This document shows, one piece after another, positions 1 to 11,802 of a DNA stretch of 64,000 bases. The position numbers were made by a program, and so were the translations under genes. The DNA is taken from positions 25,066,871 to 25,130,870 of the forward strand of contig NC_092676.1 of the NCBI RefSeq assembly GCF_964355755.1. Reading direction: 5' to 3'. Source of the DNA: Antedon mediterranea (taxonomy: Eukaryota > Animalia > Echinodermata). Positions within the stretch are counted from its first letter, which is position 1; each line of letters starts with the position of its first letter. Under the pieces are notes generated by a model. That model was not told the origin of the DNA, did no database searches, and saw only the letters and a list, made by a program, of their open reading frames with translations.

Positions 1-15
1 GAATGTCGAAATATT

Positions 16-153
16 AGCTCTGTCTACACTATCAAATAAATGCGATGTACGCATATATGGACATGAGGTCATATTACTACCATATTTGGGTATATCCCTA
101 CCATATTTGGGCACATCACACTTCATTTGTCTAGTTTTATAGTGTAGACAGAG
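16..153. mobile_element. MITE family 1 (AGCTCTGTCTACACTATCAAA TIR)
   Basis: Inverted termini GCTCTGTCTACACTAT...ATAGTGTAGACAGAGC. The same family recurs at ~19010, 32290, 35095, 42609, 49398, 50901, 55952 and 56851. Confidence 0.8.
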
Positions 154-418
154 CATATTAATTGAACTGATTTATACGCGATGACAACAAGAGAGTATAA
201 GAACCTCGGTTGAGAGGTTGAACGCGCGCGACGTGTACGCCTTTTATTATCCAATGTAAATTAAGTAACTCATTGAATTTCTTTGACATCTGTGATTACT
301 CTCTGACTCAATTGATATCTCCACATTCAATATTACAAGTAGAACATCGATCTTCCAAACATTAAGGGCGCGACTCACTTTATTTGAGCTCATGAAAGAT
401 ATAATTTTAATATATTTT

Positions 419-478
419 ACAGAGGGCGCTATTTATGACAAACTTTTTAAAAAGTTTGTCATAAATAGCGCCCTCTGT
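419..478. repeat. Perfect 60-bp palindrome with no spacer
   Basis: ACAGAGGGCGCTATTTATGACAAACTTTTT|AAAAAGTTTGTCATAAATAGCGCCCTCTGT. Confidence 0.9.
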
Positions 479-3400
479 GGTTGAATGAATAATGCGCATT
501 TAAACAAAGTATTACATAGTATTTTCGTTTACGTATTCAATTATTGTATTTTAATTTTCTGAATGTGTGAAATTTTTAACAAATTGGTGATTCATTTTAA
601 ACCCACATCGTAATGAGTAACTATTGAAACAGGAAATCTAAGATTAAAATTTATTTTCTGATTAAAACTATCGCTATCATGTTTTTTCAGTGTAACTCTG
701 ATGCCTTGAAAAACACATTATATAGGACACTCGTGGGTTTGTATATTATTCTAGCTTTAAAAAAAATAGTCATCGAACACATGTATTGTGAAGTTATTAT
801 TCGCTGCTAATACTATAGACTCACTACAGCCGTGTAGACATATGCATTGTCTGCTAACACTATAGACTCACTACAGCTGTGTAGGCCTATTACATTGTCA
901 TCGTATTCGTACTGGAGGTATTTCGTTAAAACTATGAAAAGCAGTTTATACTCACTAACGTAGTCCGAAGTCGGGAAAAATTGTATCCATCAAACGTCTT
1001 TAAAACATATACATGCCTTATACAAAAACATTCAATCCCTTAACTTAAGAACCGTCGTGAAGAATAGTAAATACCAGAAGTGACAGAGAACTGCGGGTAC
1101 ACATTATGGAGATAGATAGTCTGGGTCCCAGACGGGTTTTGACTTTTAATATTAGTAAAAAGATAAATATGTTGGCACATATGGCGTTTCATACGTACAC
1201 TACTTGAGCTTGGAAAAAACGAAACATCGTGAACTACCACCATAAAAAAGAGACAATAAATAGGCTTACAGAGTTGGAGCAAGTCTAGAGACAGGTAGTA
1301 TAATCTGGATAAGCGTGCCCGGCATCAATCTTTCGTACCTTGCTGAAACATGTGCAGACCATGCTGCGCAGTAACCTCCAATTACCAAATTGTTTCGACC
1401 GTATATAGCCTATTTCCTGATATTCCCTTAATATAATAATACATTTCCTTTTTCATAATATGATATGAAATATATAAACAGATTGAAGCATTTGAACAAA
1501 ACTCAATGGCGCGGCGCATGACGTAAGATACACGGTACTGTTTTGGAAGCTTTCGAGTTCAAACGAACAGGACCTAGTACACATGCGCGTGTTGCATTTT
1601 TGATACCATTCTATAATTATCCGCCATTATTTATTCCATGCACCATAGATTGTTTCACAAAATCTATTTGTGTTTTGCTAATAATTATAGTAATTTGGAA
1701 TCTAGAAGTTTCCATTCCACACAAAGGAGTGATTAACGAAAAGGGTAAGATTGCCTAGACCAGCAAGTCACGCATTTGTAAACGAGTCGTTTTAACTTAC
1801 ATATTTCCAGAAAGTTAACAGATGTAGGCCTACTGTATTGCTAGTTGAAGCATGAACAAACTAAACAAATTATCATTTTTGTTTCTTTAGGGAACTAATT
1901 TTATTAATGCCTATATTCCGGAATTTGAATTTTTTATTTAATTGATTAAAATAATATTTTTGATATATCTTATCGCAACAGGTTTTTTATTGAATTGGAT
2001 CATTATCAACAGGCCTGTATAGGTTATCTTTCTTGCCAGCAGTAGGTCGGTACGATATTCAATCTTCTGCCGCTGTAAATACGGTAACTTTTTTTACATA
2101 TAACAACACGTGGTAAAAGCGAGACTAACCGCGAATTGGTCGTCGGTGTGGGGTTTTTCAAAGAAAATAACTTATTCCTACAACCGTTGATAAAATTCCT
2201 TTTAGTTTAGACTCGATTATACTGTCTAAGTTTCTTACCAAAGTTTATCAGTTGAGTCTATTGTGACTCAATTTAGAACAAATGTCGGATACATTTAGTA
2301 AGCAAAAATGACAAAATGAATCGCATGTGTCCGCTTGTTGAGATTCTAAAGAAACATTTCCGGCACAATCGAAACAAATTCCCAAGTGAGATATTTGGGT
2401 TCATAACACAGATTCATAAATGGCTTTAAATGTAATATTAAAAAGTTCTCTTAATTTGCGGGTAATTCCATAAGTTATATATTCTTTAAATTATTAAAGA
2501 AAATGGAAACGTATCTGTTGAAGTTTTCCAAAGTTTTTGAAAACAACTTTCAATAAAGTCATCATAACATTCTAACATTATGTACATTGTAAAAATTGTA
2601 GCACAAAACAAAAGTTTAAATTACAACATTAACCTATTTATTCCAGGAAAATAATGGAAACATATAACAGAAACTAGAAAAGGAGAAATTACTAATCTTA
2701 CTAATCCTGAAAAAGGTTCATTTAGATCCTAATATTATAAGAGAGAAATTTCTTTTTTGTTGTAACCAATATTAACAGTCTACTTGAGAAAGAAAGCTGA
2801 ATGCTTGCGAAATGTTGTTGTAAGTACCATTTTTAGTACTTTTCGATCGATTAGATCAACAAAAAAGAAAAACTCTCTCCTAATAAACCCAATCCTATAA
2901 ACAGCGAAACTCAGTAGTACGAGAGGCGGCATGAATACGAGGCCTAACTGATTTTTTTTAATGTGTTGTTTAATCAAGAATGGTGTCCTGTAGGCCTAAC
3001 TGATAATATTTTATAAAAATTACGTCATTGAGAAAGACATTCCTACTAAATATTTCAGATACAAGAATCGGGTAAACCGATTCTTGTAGTCACCAAAATA
3101 TTTCTACTTTTATAAAAAAAAAAGTACTACAAATTGGTGTTTACGTAATTAAACTTAGCTTAACTCAATAGTCTGTTATAATCCAGGAGTGTTACCTGTC
3201 TTAACCGGACCTGTCAAATTCGATAACTAAGCGTTAATTAAACGTAATCAGACAACCGGAAGCAATACTCACTATCATCGAAATAGCTGTCGATTATATT
3301 TGTCATAATTACTCATTTTATACAGTAAAATTGACCTTTTAATAGTAGGGTGAAACAAAATATAATCCCAATCAAAGTCGACTCGGTATTAGTAATTTTT

Positions 3401-4222
3401 ATGAAATATTTTGCGGTCAGTAAGTAGACTAAGGGTGGCGCTGGAATAGTGACGACCGATTTATCCCGCGGGATAGTTTAGTACTGTAATTAAAGTTTAT
3501 TTTCTAAAACTTTGTTAGTTCCTGAGTTTGCAGCACAGATAGATTAGCAGAGATATCTATTGCTTCCTGTGTTTGTCTCAAAATGTTGCAAACCTTGTTC
3601 TGGATGATTCACTCCGATATAATAAATAAGATCGTTCTCAAACTCCGTTTTGCTTTATTCAATATCTGAAAACAAGATCGGATGAGGTCACACCTGGTGT
3701 GTGTGAAGACACGTTTTGCAAATTCATACAATTTAATTGTAAGTCTATTCATATAATGTAAAAACCCTGGGGAGGTTATTGTAGCACGACCTCGGGAGTC
3801 TGGTCATTGCGTCGCAAGATTATGCACACATTGAGGTCATACGCAGGTTGACCTAAGGAGAGACAAGCTGGAACAAAATGTATTCTGGTAAATGTTGTCC
3901 TTGAATATGATTTTATAGAAGGAGGGCATATCAAAACCAGCGTGGAGTATACGCCGTTCTGACAGGTTTTCATGTTCATAATATTATAGGTCAAAGTGCC
4001 GTGGATTTTGACAACAGCAATACGTACTTTGTTTATAATACAAGCAAGCAAGCTGAGTTGTTTGAGAATAATATATGGGAACCACTATTTGAAAAACACA
4101 GATTATTCGCCGGGATATAACTGGTCAAACTTCAGCTTTGTTTTGATGGTTTTGTCGAGTAGGCTATGTACGTCAGATAGATCGGTTTATCGTCAATCAT
4201 ATGGTTCATAATATTTTTCAAG

Positions 4223-5230
4223 ATGATTTTGCGCGAACTGTATGTTTTTATTGCTACACTATTTTCATACTTGCACATTTCTAGATGTATGCAACGGATA
4301 GCTTTCTTTGAAACGCCGAGGAATGTTACGGTAAATGAAGGTGACGTTGCCTCTATGACATGCGGACTTAATCAGAGGTTGAATCTTAGTCAAACAGAGG
4401 AACACGTTGCTTGGTATAAATCAGGTGCTGGTGGAGCTTTAACAAGGAATAATGATGTTTTTTCTAAAGCGCTTGAAAATAGGACACATGTTATAATTTC
4501 TGGTTCGGGAAGTCGATTCACATTGATAATATACAACGTAAAACTGTCGGACGCCGGTATTTATTTCTGTGTTGTATTTTCGAGGGGTAGCACTGTGCCA
4601 TCCCCTGCTGCTTCTATAGGTGTTCGCAGAATAGTTAAATCTGGAGCAATTCCAACACTAACGACGAACGTCCACCACAATGGCGATGGCACATCTATGG
4701 TGTCACAGCTACTTGCACCAAATCGGCCAAGTGTACCAACAACAACAACAAATAAAAACAATTTAAATAATAACGATAATATTGATCTGAATTATCTTGA
4801 TACAAAACTACAAAGTGCGCTAATCTTGCATTTAATGGCAGACGGAATTTTCTTTTTTATTATTTTTATTACAATCATTATTACTGCTTTGTGTTTACGC
4901 AAACAAATCGCAACCTTTCAATTAATTCATCAACATTTGCATTTTCAAGCGGATAATAAAGATGGAAAACGAAGAAGATTTATGAGTTGGAATGGTTTCA
5001 GTCAGCATAAAGGTAAGAAGCGATCGGAGTATCAAGAATACATAAAAGAAGGGGGAGCACGAAGTGAGTATACGACTCTCAACACTGACCGAATGCATCG
5101 TGTTGGTTTACTCAAAGACAATGCTAGCAGCAGCAGTTCACACACGGTTGAAATGACGTCTTTAAAGTTGCCTTCTCAACATTACCATAGTTCAGTTCTT
5201 GAAGATGTCAAAAAGACATCGACTCAGTAG
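4223..5230 (+). CDS. Intronless single Ig (V/I-set) domain type-I membrane receptor with ITIM-like tail, 335 aa
   Basis: Signal peptide; Ig motifs ASMTC, VAWYK, FTLII and DAGIYFC; Thr/Asn stalk; TM GIFFFIIFITIIITALCL; cytoplasmic SEYTTL. Confidence 0.88.
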   Translation: MILRELYVFIATLFSYLHISRCMQRIAFFETPRNVTVNEGDVASMTCGLNQRLNLSQTEEHVAWYKSGAGGALTRNNDVFSKALENRTHVIISGSGSRFTLIIYNVKLSDAGIYFCVVFSRGSTVPSPAASIGVRRIVKSGAIPTLTTNVHHNGDGTSMVSQLLAPNRPSVPTTTTNKNNLNNNDNIDLNYLDTKLQSALILHLMADGIFFFIIFITIIITALCLRKQIATFQLIHQHLHFQADNKDGKRRRFMSWNGFSQHKGKKRSEYQEYIKEGGARSEYTTLNTDRMHRVGLLKDNASSSSSHTVEMTSLKLPSQHYHSSVLEDVKKTSTQ

Positions 5231-5592
5231 CGACATTGAAAGGACATTTCTAAGAACATTACCATAGTTCAGTTCTAGATATCAAACTAGAGGTATCACA
5301 ACGTCCAAAATACAAGGACAGCTATTAGGAGATAAAGATAAAATAAAAATTATCAATAAATGTTGAAAGGACATTTCTAAGAACATTACCAGTTCTTGAA
5401 GATATAAAACATATGTAGACGTATCACAGCGTCCAAAATACAAGGACAGCTATTAGGAGATAAAGATGAAATAAACATCAGTAAATGTTAAAGGACATTT
5501 CTAAGAACATTAACATCCGTTCTTGAAGATATTAAACCTATGTAGACGTATCACAACATTATCAGTAACTGGTTAAGATATTTCTAAGAATG
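5177..5592 (+). repeat. ~125-bp tandem repeat at the end of the CDS and in the 3' UTR of Ig gene 1
   Basis: AAGGACATTTCTAAGAACATTA at ~5240, 5367 and 5491, plus a degenerate copy near 5577. Confidence 0.7.
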
Positions 5593-7407
5593 TTCTTCAG
5601 TGATGCAGTGGATTTTCCATGACGAATCGTCAAAACCAAGCACAGTTTTATCATTTTTTTCAGAAGGAACTTAAATACAGGTGAATATAGGTGACAGGTG
5701 AAGGCATACAAATAAAATATTTATTAAGATAATGTACGCCCTAAAACAATTTGCATCATCTGGACATAAAAATTATGTGATATTTAGAGTGGCAAAAACA
5801 AAATCGACAAATCAATACCGAGAATGTCAAACGTTCACGTAGATTGCAGAAACAGTACCGAATTGATACTCCTCAAAAACTTTTCATATTAAGTTTCAGT
5901 CTCATGGGTACTTCAGACCAACTGTCTGCTAACAACAAAAATCGAATGAGGAGTTATTCTACTATAATTTACTTGATAAAGAGATAACATTCATTGAAAT
6001 GTATAATATACTGCAACTACTGTTGTATTTACTTTGTCTCGATGACTTGCGATATAGTCGGTTAAAAGATCTAGTGACAGTTGCAGAATTGGTTGCCGGC
6101 TGACACAAATTGTAATTGTATAGATTTGCACATTTCTTTCTTTCTTTCATTTAAAGCTTAATTTCTAATTTCACACATGTTATCCGGTCTAGTTTACTCC
6201 CATATATAAGATATGATTATATGAACAAACTTGTTCGGTTATATCCTTACCAAAATGCTAAGTAAAATTAAAAATAATATTTCATTTTTTAATAAAATTA
6301 TTGTCTAGGCTCTACTCAAAGTGTACAGATTTTTTGTTAAAACATGTTCACATCTAAAACCGGTGACAAACGTAAACTAAAACACATTTCCTGAAATATA
6401 GTAAATTGTTATATAGATTCTGTTTACAACTTTTAATGCATGATGTTACTATAGAAGGGCTAAGCGACTAACCATTCAAAACAGAATTTTCGATTTAAAG
6501 TTGTCATTTTCTTATACAGAATCACGGTGTTAGTACTGTAACCAACATTTAATTGTACTATATATACATTAAGTTCAATGTGTAAAAACAATTTTAGTAT
6601 TTTCATGACATTTGAATAGTTTTAATATGTGATATTTCCTAATATAAATGGACAATTAATACAAATGCCACTGAACTCTTCAGGCCCGGATTGGTTACCG
6701 GGTTGGTTTTCCCACAAAGAAGGGTCATGCTCTAGGCTAGATAAGCATGATATTTCACTGCATATTTCACTGCTGATCTCTATTTAAAAGGTATCTTCAG
6801 GAAAAATGAGTTTGGATCTAGCATGGTAAATACATAGAAAATAGACCTGGGTGAAGCGAATAGAAGCCTAAAGATATGACAATCGTCAGACACAAAATGT
6901 GATCTAGCATTCCAACTATGTGAATTACTTTAATCAAATCATAAAATTAATAGTTATCAATAAACTGAATTAATATCAACAATTTGTATTGGTATCTAAT
7001 ACTGTTGTGGGAAAATCAAACTGGCAAATATGATCAAAAGCGCTGACATGACCCGATTGAAGAGAGAATTACGTCATTTCAAAAACTCGGCTCCACCCTT
7101 GTTATCTATTTGTCTCATTCCTTTACAAGTTGACAGACTTAATATGGTATGCAGTCTAACAGATTAATTACGTATTATTCAGATTCAATTATTGTCTCCA
7201 GGAAACGATTGTTAAAGCAATCTGGAAATTTGGTTAGATTACCACTGAGGAAACGATTGTTGAGATCATTGCTACCATGGGACTACATCCGAGTATTATC
7301 CAACCAAAATTATCATATACTTTAATTTACATACAATGACGAGTGACAATATATTTTTTTTTACTATGTGTAGAAGATAATTAAACACATTAGTAAGCTG
7401 CTCCAAG

Positions 7408-8409
7408 ATGGTATTGGGTGGAAGTGTGAATTATGGCTTTGTAGCCCTGATAAATGTATCTAGGACTGTTTTGATATTCATTGGGTTGTGTCAGGCTTCA
7501 GGCATTATTACGAAACAACCTAAGTCTGGGCACGCTATTGAAGGCTCTACGCTAACACTGAGTTGCGAGTTTTCCCGCCCTTTACAGTTTCGTGACGAAA
7601 ATATCGTTTGGTACAAGAATCACAAAGCATTATCCACAAATGACGTAGTGATATCGGAAGAAGACAATCGGCGTTTCATATCTGTGATAGTAAGTAAAAA
7701 TAACAAACGTTTTGACTTGAAAATCAAACAAGTCTCAAACAACGACACGGGTGTATACTTTTGTTATTTTACACTAAGCGATGAGAGTACAGCGCGATCA
7801 GTCAACGCATTTATAACTATAGATCCAGTACCAGAAACAACGACCGCTTTCCCGTCAACTTTTTTCACCAACTCCCGAAAAACTGACGTCATCAATAAAA
7901 CGCACCCGACTGCTGTATTTGTTAGCATCAGTACTACGTGTATTGCATTGGTACTTCTGGTGATCATTGTTTTATGGCTTTTTAAAGGAAAGAAAACTTA
8001 CGATAATAATAGATACATCAACGATCTTATAATGCCGTCGTCTTGTTTAAAACGAACTTATAACGACGACGACGCGGAAGATGAAGTGCCGTCAACGAGA
8101 GCTTTTGAGGACGACGTGTTTGTGAACAAGAACGCTGCGGGGTTATTTTTTATTTCTGGTAGGCCGCCTACGACTACGACGATTGATAACAGGGTACAAA
8201 ATGACTATCATGATATTAGCACGATAGTACCACCAGCAAAAGATATATCAAAACAATTATCTCATGGTTCAAATCCAGTGAAGAAGGAACGAAAGCATCG
8301 CAATGTCGAGGGATTAACGTATGCGCAGCTAGATCTCAAGACAAATAATAAAGCAAGTATACGTAGAGGTATGCCACGCACGAATTATGCAGTAATCGAA
8401 CTTCAATAA
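7408..8409 (+). CDS. Intronless single Ig (V/I-set) domain type-I membrane receptor with ITIM plus ITSM, 333 aa
   Basis: Signal peptide; LTLSC, IVWYK, FDLKI and DTGVYFC; Thr-rich stalk; TM CIALVLLVIIVLWLF; tail LTYAQL and TNYAVI. Confidence 0.9.
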   Translation: MVLGGSVNYGFVALINVSRTVLIFIGLCQASGIITKQPKSGHAIEGSTLTLSCEFSRPLQFRDENIVWYKNHKALSTNDVVISEEDNRRFISVIVSKNNKRFDLKIKQVSNNDTGVYFCYFTLSDESTARSVNAFITIDPVPETTTAFPSTFFTNSRKTDVINKTHPTAVFVSISTTCIALVLLVIIVLWLFKGKKTYDNNRYINDLIMPSSCLKRTYNDDDAEDEVPSTRAFEDDVFVNKNAAGLFFISGRPPTTTTIDNRVQNDYHDISTIVPPAKDISKQLSHGSNPVKKERKHRNVEGLTYAQLDLKTNNKASIRRGMPRTNYAVIELQ

Positions 8410-8550
8410 AACGTTAACATAATTACAGGTATAATATCCGATATAGTCCAACGGAAGAAACTATTACAATATTTTGGACGATGACGGGTAGCAATTTGGA
8501 TGCACGCGAAGGAATGTGTGTTATGACGTCAACACTTTTAATAACTGACA

Positions 8551-9148
8551 GTGATTCACACACAGATTGTGTAGAATATTTTTTTTCACGCACACTGTTG
8601 ATTCACACACAGGCTGTAGACTATAGAATGTTGAATTCACACACAGGTTGTGTAGAATGTTGATTCACACATAGATTATGTAGAATGATGATTCACACAC
8701 AGTTTAATTTTGTTTCACACACTTTGTGTAGAGTCGGTTCACACGGTTGTGTAGAATGTTGATTCACAAATAGATTATGTAGAATGTTGATTCACACATA
8801 GTTTAATGTTGTTTCACACACAGGTTGTATGAAATGTTGATTCACACACAGGTTGTGTAGAATGTTGATTCACAAATAGATTATGTAGAATGTTGATTCA
8901 CACATAGTTTAATGTTGTTTCACACACAGGTTGTATGAAATGTTGATTCACACACGGTTGTGTAGAATGTTGATTCACAAATAGATTATGTAGAATGTTG
9001 ATTCACACATAGTTTAATGTTGTTTCACACACAGGTTGTATGAAATGTTGATTCACACACAGGTTGTGTAGAATGTCGATTCACACACAGGTTGTGTAGA
9101 TCGAGTCGGTTCACACGGTTGTTAGAATGTTAATTCACACACATAGAA
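8551..9148 (+). repeat. ~28-bp minisatellite with higher-order structure
   Basis: Variants of ATTCACACACAGGTTGTGTAGAATGTTG repeated about 20 times. Confidence 0.9.
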
Positions 9149-9940
9149 TCAATAGCATTATTTCCAACTATCCGGAGGGCAGTGAAGTTTGTACCGATTT
9201 GATAATCAGTATTGTCTCCGCCTTCAACAGATAATTAACCCCACCTCTCTTTAAAACATTTATAAGCTTTATATAGGCCTCATGTAAATATAAATCGATC
9301 ATTATATTTTATACTTCAATTGATGTTTTTCAATAAAACGTATCAAATGTAACCTGATTTTTGACTTATTTATATTGTCTTATGTGTTTTGCACATCTGA
9401 AGTTGGCACGTAAACATTTTATTGAATTGAATACTGTGTAGGCCTACACACGTAGGCCTATGCTTAACTATCCACTCACCCATCATACACCGGCCTAATA
9501 TGCCTTACTGTACAGAATTAACTGAAGCCTATACTATAGGAGCTACCATTATTGCATCCAAACAACAAAGTAAACTTACCTAATACAGTAAATTGGCATC
9601 ATAATGTATGGCCTAACATCTGTTAAAAGGAACTGAATTGCACCTTCCATTTTTGTCATAAGACCTACACGCTTTCCTTTACAAAAGGTATGTCAAGAAT
9701 GTGGAAAAGAAAAAAAACTTTTTTAAAAAATCCTTAAATACAGTAATAGAAACATAATTTAACAAATACATTTTATTAAATAAGGGAATATAAAAAATAG
9801 ACCTTATTATAGATATATAGGCCTATGTGTTTTTACTCGGTAAATAATTATACACCTTCAACATCTGTCAAGTCAATCATTGACAGAATCTCAGCATACG
9901 TATTATACGTATATCCAGATTTTAGATGTTTGCAATAGAT

Positions 9941-10027
9941 GTCTCCGTGGCGCAATGGATAGCGCGTTGGACTTCTATGGTTGTCAATGCAATTCAAAGG
10001 TTGTGGGTTCGAGTCCCACCGGAGATG
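9941..10027 (+). tRNA. tRNA-Arg(UCU) with 14-nt intron
   Basis: GTCTCCGTGGCGCAATGGATAGCGCGTTGGACTTCTA[tggttgtcaatgca]ATTCAAAGGTTGTGGGTTCGAGTCCCACCGGAGATG, with A/B boxes and a T-run terminator. Confidence 0.95.
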
Positions 10028-10223
10028 TTATTTTTAAAATTTTTACTAGCTTAACTTGAAACATCGATACTAGGTCTATATTATTTTTAATGGCTATTAA
10101 AGTCAACGCCACTCACTTCTAAAGCTTGGTTCGCATTAGAACGCATCGCAAGGACGTAAGTGAGCTGACCCCTGACAAGCGACAATTGGAAATGTTACAA
10201 TACAAGCAATCTTTGCAACAGAT

Positions 10224-10310
10224 GTCTCCGTGGCGCAATGGATAGCGCGTTGGACTTCTATGGTTGTCGATGCAATTCAAAGGTTGTGGGTTCGAGTCCC
10301 ACCGGAGATG
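10224..10310 (+). tRNA. tRNA-Arg(UCU) with 14-nt intron
   Basis: Same mature sequence; intron tggttgtcgatgca. Confidence 0.95.
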
Positions 10311-10504
10311 TTATTTTTTTTATATTTTTACTAGCTTAACTTGAAACATCGATACTTGATCTATATTATTTTCAATGGCTAATAAAGTCAACGCCACTCA
10401 TTTCTAAAGCTTGGTTCGCATTAGAACGCATCGCAAGGACGTAAGTTAGCTGACCAAAGCGACAGTTCGAAATGTTTACAATACAAGCAATGTTTGCAAC
10501 AGAT

Positions 10505-10591
10505 GTCTCCGTGGCGCAATGGATAGCGCGTTGGACTTCTATGGTTGTCGATGCAATTCAAAGGTTGTGGGTTCGAGTCCCACCGGAGATG
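10505..10591 (+). tRNA. tRNA-Arg(UCU) with 14-nt intron
   Basis: Same mature sequence; intron tggttgtcgatgca. Confidence 0.95.
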
Positions 10592-10789
10592 TTATTTTTT
10601 TTATATTTTTACTAGCTTAACTTGAAACATCGATACTTGATCTATATTATTTTCAATGGCTAATAAAGTCAACGCCACTCATTTCTAAAGCTTGGTTCGC
10701 ATTAGAACGCATCGCAAGGACGTAAATGAGCTGACCAATGACAAGCGACAATTCGAAATGATACAATACAAGCAATCTTTGCAACAGAT

Positions 10790-10876
10790 GTCTCCGTGGC
10801 GCAATGGATAGCGCGTTGGACTTCTATGGTTGTCGATGCAATTCAAAGGTTGTGGGTTCGAGTCCCACCGGAGATG
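10790..10876 (+). tRNA. tRNA-Arg(UCU) with 14-nt intron
   Basis: Same mature sequence; intron tggttgtcgatgca. Confidence 0.95.
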
Positions 10877-11074
10877 TTATTTTTTTTATATTTTTACTAG
10901 CTTAACTTGAAACATCGATACTTGATCTATATTATTTTCAATGGCTAATAAAGTCAACGCCACTCATTTCTAAAGCTTGGTTCGCATTAGAACGCATCGC
11001 AAGGACGTAAGTGAGCTGACCAATGACAAGTGGTAATTCGAAATGTCACAATACAAGCAATCTTTGCAACAGAT

Positions 11075-11167
11075 GTCTCCGTGGCGCAATGGATAGCGCG
11101 TTGGACTTCTATGGTTTGAATAATCAATGCAATTCAAAGGTTGTGGGTTCGAGTCCCACCGGAGATG
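11075..11167 (+). tRNA. tRNA-Arg(UCU) with 20-nt intron
   Basis: Same mature sequence; longer intron tggtttgaataatcaatgca. Confidence 0.93.
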
Positions 11168-11678
11168 TTATTTTTTATACAACAATGATTTGCATAAAAT
11201 ATGGGACTTATTCACGTCAAGCTCACCTGAACTTAAATATCACCTTTTTTTTTGACGACCTACAAATTCATGAAGAATATCAAATCCAATGTATAAACAA
11301 TATTAACTATGTATTAGCAAGTAACATCTTTGACAAATATTGTAAATTATTTTTAACAACTGCATGGAAAGAACGCAACGAAATTTATAATATCCTTCCA
11401 TAACACAATCTTTTACTTTTCACTCAAATGTATTGAATGTATTTTTATAACCTAATGTGTATATACTTTTTAACGTAATAATGTATAATGGTTGTATTTG
11501 ATTGTGTAGTAAGATAAGTCCATATTTATTTTTTTGTTGTTGCACATCTCTTGAGAATTGTGTCTCTGTTATAAAAGAGAAACAATAAAGTTATTATTAT
11601 TATTACTAGCTTAACTTGAAACATCGATACTTGGTGTATTATTCTTAATGGCTGCTAAAGTCAACGTCACTCACTTCT

Positions 11679-11802
11679 AAAGCTTGGTTCGCATTAGAAC
11701 GCAGCGCAAGGTGAATTGACCAATGAAAAGCGACAGTTCAAATAATCCATCGCTTGTGATTGGTCAAAATACTTGCGTTTACGTCCTTGCGTTGCGTCCT
11801 AA
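11679..11802. mobile_element. MITE family 2 copy (AAGCTTGGTTC(C/G)CA(C/T)TAG TIR)
   Basis: Left TIR plus GCTTGTGATTGGTCAA...GTCCTTGCGTTGCGTCCTA; similar to the copies at 14650, 19552 and 62950. Confidence 0.7.

Noticed and set aside
5595-5635. Possible hammerhead relic in the Ig gene 1 3' region
   Set aside because: Both core boxes deviate and stem I is absent.
9941-11167. Regularly spaced repeats resembling a CRISPR array
   Set aside because: The repeats are tRNA genes, the spacers are near-identical, there are no cas genes, and the context is eukaryotic.
11023-11403. 126-aa ORF
   Set aside because: It reads through a MITE half and the fifth tRNA gene; not protein-like.
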